Shown here: one piece after another, positions 51,852-61,034 of the stretch
Numbering within the stretch: position 1 is the stretch's first letter
Layout: each line of letters opens with the position of its first letter
Notes under the pieces: generated by a model
What the model was told of the DNA's origin: nothing
Databases searched by the model: none
What the model saw: only the letters and a program-made list of their open reading frames with translations
Translations under genes and position numbers: made by a program
Assembly (NCBI GenBank): GCA_963848965.1
Contig: CAWKFG010000001.1
Span: forward strand, 1 to 64,000
DNA from: an uncultured bacterium
GTDB lineage: Bacteria > Babelota > Babeliae > Babelales > Babelaceae
DNA length: 64,000 nucleotides
Reading direction: 5' to 3'

Positions 51852-52469
51852 ATGAAGATACGATTGTTATACGTTTTTACTTTTACTTTTCCTCTTTACA
51901 GTGCTATCGACCAAACTTTACGTAATGCGGTAAAAAGTACCAACTTATATGCTTTAAACAATTATTTGCTAGCAAACAGGCCTCTTATTACTCAGGTAGA
52001 AAAATACGAGCTTTTAAAGCTTGCTCAAGAGAAGATAGTAAAACATAAGGGTCTAGCAGAAAGTAAGTTTAAACCGTTTTTTAATCGTGATACCTGGTCA
52101 GGAGCTGCGCTTTTAGCAGCAGCTATTGGACTTTTGAGCTTTGTCTATTCAGATAAAGTTGAAACAGACGTACAGCAAACACTAGGTAAAGCAGAAGCAA
52201 GCTGTTTACCTACAAGCTTTTCATTAGAAGTAACAGCGCAACGAGTAAAGGAGCATTTACAGACTGCTCAAACTACACTTACTGAGCGTTTGTCAAATAT
52301 ACGAGAAAGAGCTTTTCTTGCTCAAATGCTTTTATCGGCAGTTGGCTTGTGTAATCTGTATAAAGGCATAAAGAACAAAAGAGCATGGCAACGGTATCAT
52401 CATGCTGTTGCAGTTAAAGCTGCTATTGAGCACTATACTATAGGTGATAGAGAGCTTAAAATCAGCTAG
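51852..52469 (+). CDS. Hypothetical membrane protein (paralogue of 51203)
   Basis: Shares AVK...LY..N..L, EK.ELL..AQE, GL..LYKG, A.A.K..IE.Y with 51203. Confidence 0.7.
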   Translation: MKIRLLYVFTFTFPLYSAIDQTLRNAVKSTNLYALNNYLLANRPLITQVEKYELLKLAQEKIVKHKGLAESKFKPFFNRDTWSGAALLAAAIGLLSFVYSDKVETDVQQTLGKAEASCLPTSFSLEVTAQRVKEHLQTAQTTLTERLSNIRERAFLAQMLLSAVGLCNLYKGIKNKRAWQRYHHAVAVKAAIEHYTIGDRELKIS

Positions 52470-53032
52470 CATTTCATATTGTGATGCTTTTCTTCTAGAG
52501 CTTATAGTAAAAGGTTTTGTTAAGCCTCGCGATGATAGGTAAGGAGGCTTACATTGTCCATACATGTATCTGTTTTGAGTTATGTTGAATTAGTTCATTA
52601 GAGATTTTTTTATCCCATGGTTTAGAGAATTTGCCGTAATCCCTTCTTATTTATATGAAGGATGTAAGGCAAGCGTCTTCAAAACGCAAGTCAGTTGCAA
52701 AGGCTCTCTCTTAAGTTATACTGAAAACAGAGGAGAAAGCTATGCCTCTATTGACTATTGTAGCAAAGATAGAAACAGATGCCCATACTGAGCGTTTGCT
52801 AAAGGGAGTATGGAGCATTGAATATACTCAAGAAGTATGTATCTCTTGGTAATGAGAGTAGTGGGCCTGTGGCTTGTCCTGTAGTCTTGCTGTCCCCGTC
52901 TTTTAACCTTGATATGCATACGATCTACGAATCTCACTAGCATCTTAATGATGCCCCTTAATTTCATTAAGGGGAGAATGTCACAAGAGAAAGTAAAGGA
53001 AGTTGGCTCTTAAGCCGGTTACCGTAAAAGAG

Positions 53033-53061
53033 TTGAAATTACGACAGAAATGCTCTATACT
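53033..53061 (+). promoter_or_regulatory. Sigma70 promoter of tRNA-Tyr
   Basis: TTGAAA-N17-TATACT. Confidence 0.6.
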
Positions 53062-53071
53062 AGTACTATAG

Positions 53072-53157
53072 GGCGAGATTCCCGAGTGGCCAAAGGGGAC
53101 GGACTGTAAATCCGTTGGCAATAGTCTTCGTAGGTTCGAATCCTACTCTCGCCACCA
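53072..53157 (+). tRNA. tRNA-Tyr(GTA)
   Basis: GGCGAGA/TCTCGCC acceptor stem, CTGTAAA loop, long variable arm, GTTCGAATC, CCA. Confidence 0.97.
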
Positions 53158-53205
53158 GAAAAACTAGCAAATAGCAAAAAAGCTGTTATACTAGAAAAAG
53201 TTTAA

Positions 53206-53281
53206 GCGGGAATAGCTCAATTGGTAGAGCGGCAGCCTTCCAAGCTGTAGGTTGCGGGTTCGAGTCCCGTTTCCCGCTCCA
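53206..53281 (+). tRNA. tRNA-Gly(TCC)
   Basis: GCGGGAA/TTCCCGC acceptor stem, CTTCCAA loop, CCA. Confidence 0.97.
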
Positions 53282-53288
53282 GGTTCTT

Positions 53289-53364
53289 GCTGGCGTAGCT
53301 CAGTTGGTAGAGCAACTGATTTGTAATCAGTAGGTCGCTGGTTCAAATCCAGTCGCCAGCTCCA
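53289..53364 (+). tRNA. tRNA-Thr(TGT)
   Basis: GCTGGCG/CGCCAGC acceptor stem, TTTGTAA loop, CCA. Confidence 0.97.
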
Positions 53365-53418
53365 GATTATTCACCTTGTAATTTGGTTATTTTTAGGGTA
53401 TAGTAATACTATACACGC

Positions 53419-53495
53419 GCCCACGTAGCTCAGTTGGTTAGAGCACTTCCTTGGTAAGGGAGAGGTCACCGGTTCAAATCCGGTTGTGGGCTCCA
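53419..53495 (+). tRNA. tRNA-Thr(GGT)
   Basis: GCCCACG/TGTGGGC acceptor stem, TTGGTAA loop, CCA. Confidence 0.97.
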
Positions 53496-53514
53496 TAATT
53501 TTAAGTAGGTTATC

Positions 53515-53673
53515 ATGGCAAAAAATCGAGTTACAACTCACTTATCATGTGAGACATGTAGAGAACGCAACTATACACAAGTGCTGGCAAAAAAGCGTAC
53601 TGTTGGTTCGCTTAAATTAAGCAAATTCTGTAGTCGTTGCAGAGCTCATAGAGCGCATAAAGAAACGAAATAA
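53515..53673 (+). CDS. rpmG: 50S ribosomal protein L33 (Zn-binding type)
   Basis: MAKNRVTTHLSCETCRERNY...KFCSRCRAHRAHKETK (hand-translated). Confidence 0.95.
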   Translation: MAKNRVTTHLSCETCRERNYTQVLAKKRTVGSLKLSKFCSRCRAHRAHKETK

Positions 53674-53682
53674 AGCTTATGG

Positions 53683-53758
53683 AGGCCAGTAGCTCTAACG
53701 GCAGAGCGGCAGACTCCAAATCTGCGGGTTGGGGGTTCGAATCCCTCCTGGCCTGCCA
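53683..53758 (+). tRNA. tRNA-Trp(CCA)
   Basis: AGGCCAG/CTGGCCT acceptor stem, CTCCAAA loop, CCA. Confidence 0.97.
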
Positions 53759-53778
53759 AAGTAACAGGTGACAAAAAA

Positions 53779-53976
53779 ATGAAATCAATCCCACAATTTC
53801 TTAAAGAAGTTAGAATAGAATTATCACGCGTTGAATGGCCTAAAAGAGATGACTTTATAGGTGCTACAATTGTTACTCTTGTATTGGTACTCTTTTTTAC
53901 CATTTTCTTGGGAGCAGTTGATAAAGTAAACAAGTGGGTTATCTATGATAAGATTTTTAGCTCTGTTAGACGGTAA
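53779..53976 (+). CDS. secE: Preprotein translocase SecE
   Basis: FLKEVRIELSRVEWP plus one TM; synteny. Confidence 0.95.
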   Translation: MKSIPQFLKEVRIELSRVEWPKRDDFIGATIVTLVLVLFFTIFLGAVDKVNKWVIYDKIFSSVRR

Positions 53977-53995
53977 AGCGTGAGGCTCCAAGTAC

Positions 53996-54517
53996 ATGAA
54001 AAGATGGTATGTAGTCCAGGTATTTGCTGGATACGAGAACATAGTAAAAGCTGATATAGTAAAACGTATTGAAGAAGAAGGTCTTCAAGAGCAGTTTGGA
54101 GAAGTACTTATTCCTTCTGCAAAAATGAAGCAATTTTTTGATACCACTGATGCTCTCAAAAATCAGCAGCTTTTTCCTGGATACTTGCTTGTTGAGATGG
54201 AATCAACGCCTCAAGCAATTCGCTTAGTATCAAAGACTCCTCGTGTTACACGCTTTTTAGGCGGTGCAACACCAACTCCGCTTTCACAAAGAGAGATTGA
54301 TCGTGTGCTCGCTCAAATGCGTGGCGAAGTAATGGTCTCTGGTGAAAAACCAGTGTTTGAGACAGGCAAAGAAATTGAGATAACAGAAGGTCCTTTTGCG
54401 GGCTTTGTAGGTATCATTGAAAATATGGATGAAGAAAACGAGAAACTTACTGTTATGGTAAGTATTTTCGGACGTATGACACCGGTAGAACTGAGTTTTA
54501 ACCAGGTTAAACAATAA
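53996..54517 (+). CDS. nusG: Transcription factor NusG
   Basis: WYVVQVFAGYE, FPGY, GPFAGF, IFGRMTPVEL. Confidence 0.97.
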   Translation: MKRWYVVQVFAGYENIVKADIVKRIEEEGLQEQFGEVLIPSAKMKQFFDTTDALKNQQLFPGYLLVEMESTPQAIRLVSKTPRVTRFLGGATPTPLSQREIDRVLAQMRGEVMVSGEKPVFETGKEIEITEGPFAGFVGIIENMDEENEKLTVMVSIFGRMTPVELSFNQVKQ

Positions 54518-54532
54518 CTAAAGGAAAAAACG

Positions 54533-54958
54533 ATGGCAAAAGAAGTAAAAGCGAGACTTCGCTTACTTATACCGGGAGGCGCGGCGACGCCGGCACCACC
54601 AGTGGGTGCTGCTTTGGGACAGCAAGGGGTAAACATCATGGATTTTTGCAAGCAGTTTAACGCAAAAACTGCCGACAAAAAAGGCCAAACTATTCCTGTT
54701 GTGATCACTGTTTATACTGACAAAAAATTTGATTTTGTCATCAAAACGCCGCCGACCACCGAGTTAATTAAAAAGAAGATAAACCTTGAAAAAGGTTCAT
54801 CAAAACCGAAATCTGAAATAGCTGGTACTATTTCGATGAAGGATATTGAAGATATCGCTAAAATAAAGATGGTAGATCTTAATGCTTTAGATCTCGAGCA
54901 AGCAAAGAAAATTGTTGCTGGCAGTGCTCGAAGCATGGGTCTCCAGGTTGTCGAATAA
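54533..54958 (+). CDS. rplK: 50S ribosomal protein L11
   Basis: [23 protein letters not shown]. Confidence 0.98.
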   Translation: MAKEVKARLRLLIPGGAATPAPPVGAALGQQGVNIMDFCKQFNAKTADKKGQTIPVVITVYTDKKFDFVIKTPPTTELIKKKINLEKGSSKPKSEIAGTISMKDIEDIAKIKMVDLNALDLEQAKKIVAGSARSMGLQVVE

Positions 54959-54969
54959 GGGCGTGCACT

Positions 54970-55665
54970 ATGATGGCAAAACATGGTAAAAAATACGAAC
55001 AGGCTAAACAAGGGCTTGTTCCTGGCGAGCGATATTCTTTGCTTGATGGTGTAAAAAAAGTCAAGGATCTAGCATATGCACGCTTTGATGAGTCAGTAGA
55101 TGCTCACGTAAACGTTGGTATTGACCCTTCCAAGGGTGACCAAGTAGTACGTGGTTCTGTTGTACTTCCGCATGGTACTGGTAAAAAAATAAAAATTGCT
55201 GTTTTTGCTAAAGGTGACCATGCAGATGAAGCAAAAAAAGCAGGTGCTGATTATGTAGGCGCAGAAGATCTTATTGAAAAGATCGAAGGCGGCTTACTAG
55301 ACTTTAATTATGCTGTTGCTACACCAGATCTTATGGGTCTTGTAGGTAAAGTAGCAAAGATTCTCGGACCTCGTGGATTAGTTCCTAACAAAAAAACGGG
55401 TACCGTTACCTTTGATGTAGCAGATGTAGTATCAGATCTCAAAAAAGGACGCATATTCTTTAAAAATGATAAAAATGGTATTATCCATTTTTCATTTGGT
55501 CGCGTTTCATTTGATGCTCAAAAACTTGCAGAAAATCTTTCTGCATTCCTTCGTGCTCTTGCTGGGTCAAAACCACCTGCATCAAAAGGTAAGTTTATTC
55601 AAAAGGTGACGATTTCATCAACGATGGGTGTTGGCGTTCCTGTTAACCCAGACGAAGTCGCGTAA
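54970..55665 (+). CDS. rplA: 50S ribosomal protein L1
   Basis: [31 protein letters not shown]. Confidence 0.98.
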   Translation: MMAKHGKKYEQAKQGLVPGERYSLLDGVKKVKDLAYARFDESVDAHVNVGIDPSKGDQVVRGSVVLPHGTGKKIKIAVFAKGDHADEAKKAGADYVGAEDLIEKIEGGLLDFNYAVATPDLMGLVGKVAKILGPRGLVPNKKTGTVTFDVADVVSDLKKGRIFFKNDKNGIIHFSFGRVSFDAQKLAENLSAFLRALAGSKPPASKGKFIQKVTISSTMGVGVPVNPDEVA

Positions 55666-55678
55666 AGAAAGGGCACAT

Positions 55679-56200
55679 ATGAATCGTCAAGAAAAAAAAC
55701 AAGCTGTTGAAACAGTAAAGCACGATTTTGAGACAAGCCAAGCTGCTTTCATCGTTGCAGTACAAGGTATGACCGTAGAAAGTGTACAAAAGTTACGCAA
55801 AGAGCTTAAGCAGCAAGAAGGGTCAATTAAGGTTACAAAAAATACCCTTTTAAAGCTTGCAACACAAGATATGCCAGGTCTTGAAGGACTTGCTCCTTAT
55901 TTTAAGGAGCAAATTGCGCTTGTATTTGCGCATAAAGAGCCGGTATCAGTTGCAAAGCTTATCTTTACTGCAGCTCAAGCCGATGAAAAGTTAAAACTTG
56001 TAGGCGGTGCTCTTAAATCGAAAGTAATCGATAAGAATCAAATTGAATTTTTAGCTACGTTACCTCCACGTGAGGTAGTACTTGCTCAAGCACTTGGTAC
56101 AATGAAAGCACCTATTACTGCTTATGTAAGCGTGCTTAATCAACTTATACTAAGATTCTTGTGGGTGCTGAAAGCACTAGAAAAACAAAAACAACAATAA
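55679..56200 (+). CDS. rplJ: 50S ribosomal protein L10
   Basis: LRKELK...KVTKNTLLKLA, LATLPPRE; synteny. Confidence 0.95.
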   Translation: MNRQEKKQAVETVKHDFETSQAAFIVAVQGMTVESVQKLRKELKQQEGSIKVTKNTLLKLATQDMPGLEGLAPYFKEQIALVFAHKEPVSVAKLIFTAAQADEKLKLVGGALKSKVIDKNQIEFLATLPPREVVLAQALGTMKAPITAYVSVLNQLILRFLWVLKALEKQKQQ

Positions 56201-56243
56201 AAACAATGATATATACTTTTATCTCAATTGATGGAGAAAAGCC

Positions 56244-56633
56244 ATGGCAAATTCACATGATCAATTAATTAATCAAATAGGAAGTATGACAGTTCTTGAG
56301 CTTGCAGAGCTTGTAAAAGCGCTTGAAGAGAAGTTTGGCGTTTCTGCAGCAGCTCCTGCAATGGCAGCGGCTCCTGCAGCTGCTGCACCAGAGGCTGGCG
56401 CTAAGAAAGAAGAAGAAAAGTCTGAATACAAGGTTGAACTTTCAGAAGGCGGTACAGATAAGATCAAAGTTATTAAGGCTTTACGTCAAGTAATTCCTAC
56501 TTTTGGTTTAACTGAAGCTAAGAAAGCAGTTGAAGAAGCTCCAACAGTTATAGCAGAAGCTGCTTCTAAAGATGATGCTAAGAAGATGAAAGAAGCTCTC
56601 GAAGCTGCTGGTGCTAAAGTTAAGCTTTCATAA
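56244..56633 (+). CDS. rplL: 50S ribosomal protein L7/L12
   Basis: [37 protein letters not shown]. Confidence 0.98.
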   Translation: MANSHDQLINQIGSMTVLELAELVKALEEKFGVSAAAPAMAAAPAAAAPEAGAKKEEEKSEYKVELSEGGTDKIKVIKALRQVIPTFGLTEAKKAVEEAPTVIAEAASKDDAKKMKEALEAAGAKVKLS

Positions 56634-56699
56634 CGGTATATAAGTAGTGAAGCACTGGCAAAAAGAAATGTTTAATATAGTATTACAAGGAGCAGCTTA

Positions 56700-59600
56700 A
56701 TGTCTAGCCTTCACATGGGCAAAGAACTTATCCGTCGTTCTTTTGGAAAAATAAAAGATATTGTTCCAGTTCCTAATTTAATAGAGATTCAATCTCGGTC
56801 ATTCAATGAGTTTGCACAGCTCGATTATTTACCATCAGAGCGACTGTCTATTGGATTAGAGAAAGTATTTAAGGATGTATTTCCTATCGATTATAATGAT
56901 AGGATGTCATTAGAATATGTAAGCTATGAATTAGGTCATTGGGCATGTACGTGCGGTAAAGTGACAGGAATTGTTAATCGCTATACATGGAGCTGCTCGT
57001 CTTGTAAAAAGTCCGATGTTTCGCGCCTTAATAACAATCTTGAATGTACCTTTTGCCATAAAAATACAGCACGCTATAAAACGTGCTCTAACTGCTTGTC
57101 CAGAGTCACTGTACAGTTACCGTTGACTCTGGATGAATGCCGATCAAGTGGTCAAACATTTGCTATGCCACTTAAGGTAAAAATGCAGCTTATTACCTGG
57201 GATGTAAGTCCTGAAGGTGCTAAGATTTTACGTGATGTGAAAGAACAGGATATCTTTTTTGCAGATATTCCTGTTATGGCCGATCTTCTATGAAGAGAAA
57301 TGGTCAGTTTAAACTCGGTAATTTAGGAACATTCTTAATTAATGGCGTTGATCGTGTTATTGTAAGTCAGCTCCATCGTTCTCCGGGTGTTGTATTTTCT
57401 CAAAGCAAAAAAGTTAAAGATGCTCGGGGTAAGCCATATTATTTAGCACGTATTATTCCAATGCGTGGTTCATGGCTTGATTTTGAATTTGATAGCAATG
57501 ATTACCTGTATGTTCGTATTGATAAAAAGAAAAAGTTGCTTGTAACAACATTTTTACAAGCATTGGGGGTACCTCGAGAACAAATTATACCATTCTTCTA
57601 TCGTTTTGATACTAGTACAAGTACAGAAAGGGTGAATTCTTATCAAACAATTGATGAGAGCCTTTTAGGAATACGTCTTGAAGCTGGTATGCTTCCAGGA
57701 TACAAAGATGAAGAATCACTTGTAGCAAGAAGGCTCACAAAGGAGCTTATTGCTCGCTTATTGAACGCGGGGATTGATAGAGTACTTTTGCGTAAAGCGA
57801 GTCTTATAAATAGGATATTTGGTACCGATGTGATAGATCCTGAGACAGGAGAGGTTCTTATTGAACAAGGGACTACACTGACCGAAGAGCATTATGAGCG
57901 CCTGAAAAAGTTTCCGAGCCTTCAGTTCCATCTTATTTCATCCTCCGGATATGTATTCCAGCCAACGATTCCACTTACCTTGAACCAAGATAAAGCATAT
58001 AGTGAAGACGATGCTCTTAAAGAAGTTCATGCTAAGATATGGCCCGGTGACAGCTCGTCACTCAAAGAGATTAAGGATCGTCTAGAAGGACTTTTCTTTA
58101 ACGCTCGTTTATATGATCTGACAAAAGTTGGTCGTATCCGTATGAACCGTAAATTAGGACTTTCTATAGCAGAAGAGATAACTACGCTTACGCGTGACGA
58201 TATTTTAGCTACTATTAAGTACTTAGTGAATTTGCGTGAGCGGGGTGAAGGTGAGCTTGATGATATTGATCATCTTGGTAATCGTCGTGTTCGTCTTGTA
58301 GGAGAGCTTCTTAATAACCAAATTTATGTAGGACTGTTGCGTATTGAGCGTATTGTGCGTGAGCGCTTTAGAATTCAAGAAACGCATGGTGCTTTAATGC
58401 CACAAGATTTTCTTAATGTAAAGCCACTCAATGCAGTACTGCGAGAATTCTTTGGTACCGGTCAGCTTTCACAATTTATGGATCAGACAAATCCGCTTTC
58501 TGAGATTGCACATAAGCGTCGTCTTTCTGCTCTTGGGCCAGGCGGTGTTATGAAAGATCGTGCAACGTACGAAATTCGTGACGTACATACGTCTCACTAT
58601 GGTCGTATTTGCCCTATTGAAACACCAGAAGGTCAAACCGTAGGTTTGATTTCTTCGCTTTCTACCTATGCATTGGTAAACGATCTCGGTTTCATAGAGA
58701 CAGCATATAGACCAGTTAATCAAGGCAAAATGCTTGATGAGGTAGTGTTTTTAGATGCGTTTGAAGAAGGAGATAAGTATCTTGCACAGGCAAATGCAGT
58801 TGATCCTGAAACGCAAGCTATTAAAGAGAACCAGGTATTTGCTCGTCATGAAGGAAACTTTTTATATGCAGAAAGCAAGAAGATCAACTATATTGACCTC
58901 TCGCCAAAGCAGCTAGTATCTGTTTCTACAGCACTTATCCCGTTCTTAGAGCATGATGACGCAACTCGTGCATTAATGGGTTCAAACATGCAACGACAAG
59001 CTGTTCCGCTTATCCGTATTCAGCCACCGCTTGTTGGTACTGGTATGGAAGGAGAGATTGCGCGTGCATCAGGAGCTACTGTTATTGCAAAACATGATGG
59101 TGTTGTTGAATATGTCTGACTCAGAGAAGATTGTAGTACGTGTTGATGAAAACAACTTCAAAAATACTGAAGATTGGATTTCTCAAGGAGTAGATACCTA
59201 TCCTTTACGTAAATTCCAGCGTTCTAGTTATAGTACCTGGATTCATCAATCACCTATTGTAAAACCAGGTGATACAGTAAAAGCTGGTGATATGTTAAGT
59301 AATGGTAGTGCGGTGTATAATGGTGAGCTTGCTTTAGGTTCAAACTTATTAATAGCCTTTATGCCATGGCATGGCTACAACTTTGAGGATGCTATTGTTC
59401 TTAATAAGCGCCTTGTTGCAGATGATGCATTAACGTCTGTTCATATTGATGAGTATGTCGTAGATGCTCGCGATACAAAACTTGGACCTGAAGAGATTAC
59501 ACGTGATATTCCAAATGTAAGCGAAGCTGCGCTTATAGGTCTTGATGAAGACGGTATTGTTCGTATAGGAACTCGGGTACGACCTGGAGATATTCTTGTA

Positions 59601-61034
59601 GGTAAAGTAACGCTTAAGGGAGATATTCAATATTCTCCTGAAGAAAAGTTGCTTCGTGCTATCTTTGGTGAAAAATCCAGAGAAGTACGAGATACTTCAC
59701 TACGCGTACCGCCAGGAGTTGAAGGTACTGTTATTGACGTTAAAATATTTTCAAGAAGTGGTGTCCGTAAAGACAAGCGCTATAAAGAGGTAGTAGCTCA
59801 AGAGACGCGTAAGTTAGAATCAGATTTTGCAATGCACATTGCTGCACTTGAAAAGATGATTGCTGCTAAAATACGTCAAGAATTGCATGGTCAAGCTCCT
59901 CATGGTAAAAGTGCTAAAACGCACCTTACTAATGACAAATTTGATCAGCGCAAGTTGGAAACTCTTTCAGCTCAAGAGTTAAGTGGCTTGAGAGTCTCTG
60001 ATAAAAGTGTTAATGAGCAAATAGACTTTTTACGAGCATCACTTGAAAATCAAATTCGTATCTTAAACGGACTAAAAGAAGAGCGTATTAACCGCCTTAA
60101 AAAGGGTGATCCATTACCATCTGGTGTTATTAAGATGGTAAAAGTCTATATTGCTATGAAACGTGCTGTTTCTGTTGGTGATAAAGTTGCTGGACGCCAT
60201 GGAAATAAAGGTGTGGTTTCTATTATTGTACCTCGTGAAGATATGCCATTTATGGATGATGGTACTGCAATTGATATTGTCCTTAATCCGCTTGGTGTAC
60301 CTTCTCGTATGAACGTAGGACAAATTTTAGAAACGATTTTAGGATATAGCAGTAGAGAAATTGGTAAAGAGCTTGGCGAAAAGCTCAGGGATAGTGCGTA
60401 TAAAGAAGTGCGAAAGCAACTTGAAAAGTGGTATGGTACTGAACTGATTAATCAGTATGAAGAAAAGTATGGCCAAGAAGGAATAATGGATCTTGCAAGG
60501 TCCACCGCGCGGTACGGCGTATTCTATTCTACACCGGTGTTTGACGGAGCTGATTTTGAAAAAGATATTAAGCCACTACTACGTACTGTTGGAGCACCAG
60601 AGGCAGGCTCATTTAAGATTCGTGATGGCCGTACAGGTGATTATTTTGATCAACCAGTGACCGTAGGGTATATCTATATCATGAAATTAAATCATATGGT
60701 TGATGATAAGCTTCATGCTCGCTCTGTTGGACCATACTCATTAGTTACTCAGCAGCCGCTTGGTGGTAAAGCACAACTTGGTGGACAGCGATTTGGGGAA
60801 ATGGAAGTATGGGCACTCGAGGCACATGGCGCTGCATATACCTTACAAGAGATGTTAACGTATAAATCTGATGATGTTACCGGTAGACATAAAGTGTACG
60901 AAGCATTAGTGCGTAGTGAAGAAGTTCCAGAACCGGGTCTTCCAGAATCATTTAACGTATTAATTAAAGAGCTTCAAAGCTTAGGACTTCGTATAGATCT
61001 ATTTAAGAGTGGCAAGGAGGAAGTCAGTGAGTAA
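56700..61034 (+). CDS. rpoB: RNA polymerase beta subunit, with apparent frameshifts at ~57290 and ~59115
   Basis: [57 protein letters not shown] across three ORFs. Confidence 0.97.

Noticed and set aside
52742..52852. 36-aa ORF with a GAGGAG Shine-Dalgarno in the spacer before the tRNAs
   Set aside because: No recognisable motif; it may be a remnant but cannot be supported
53612..53933. Minus-strand ORFs over tRNA-Trp and secE
   Set aside because: Antisense translations of tRNA and conserved genes
56700..61034. Naturally split RpoB or programmed frameshifting
   Set aside because: The breaks look like small indels without clear slippery sites, and similar indels hit lysX, purL and the first genes, which points to sequencing error
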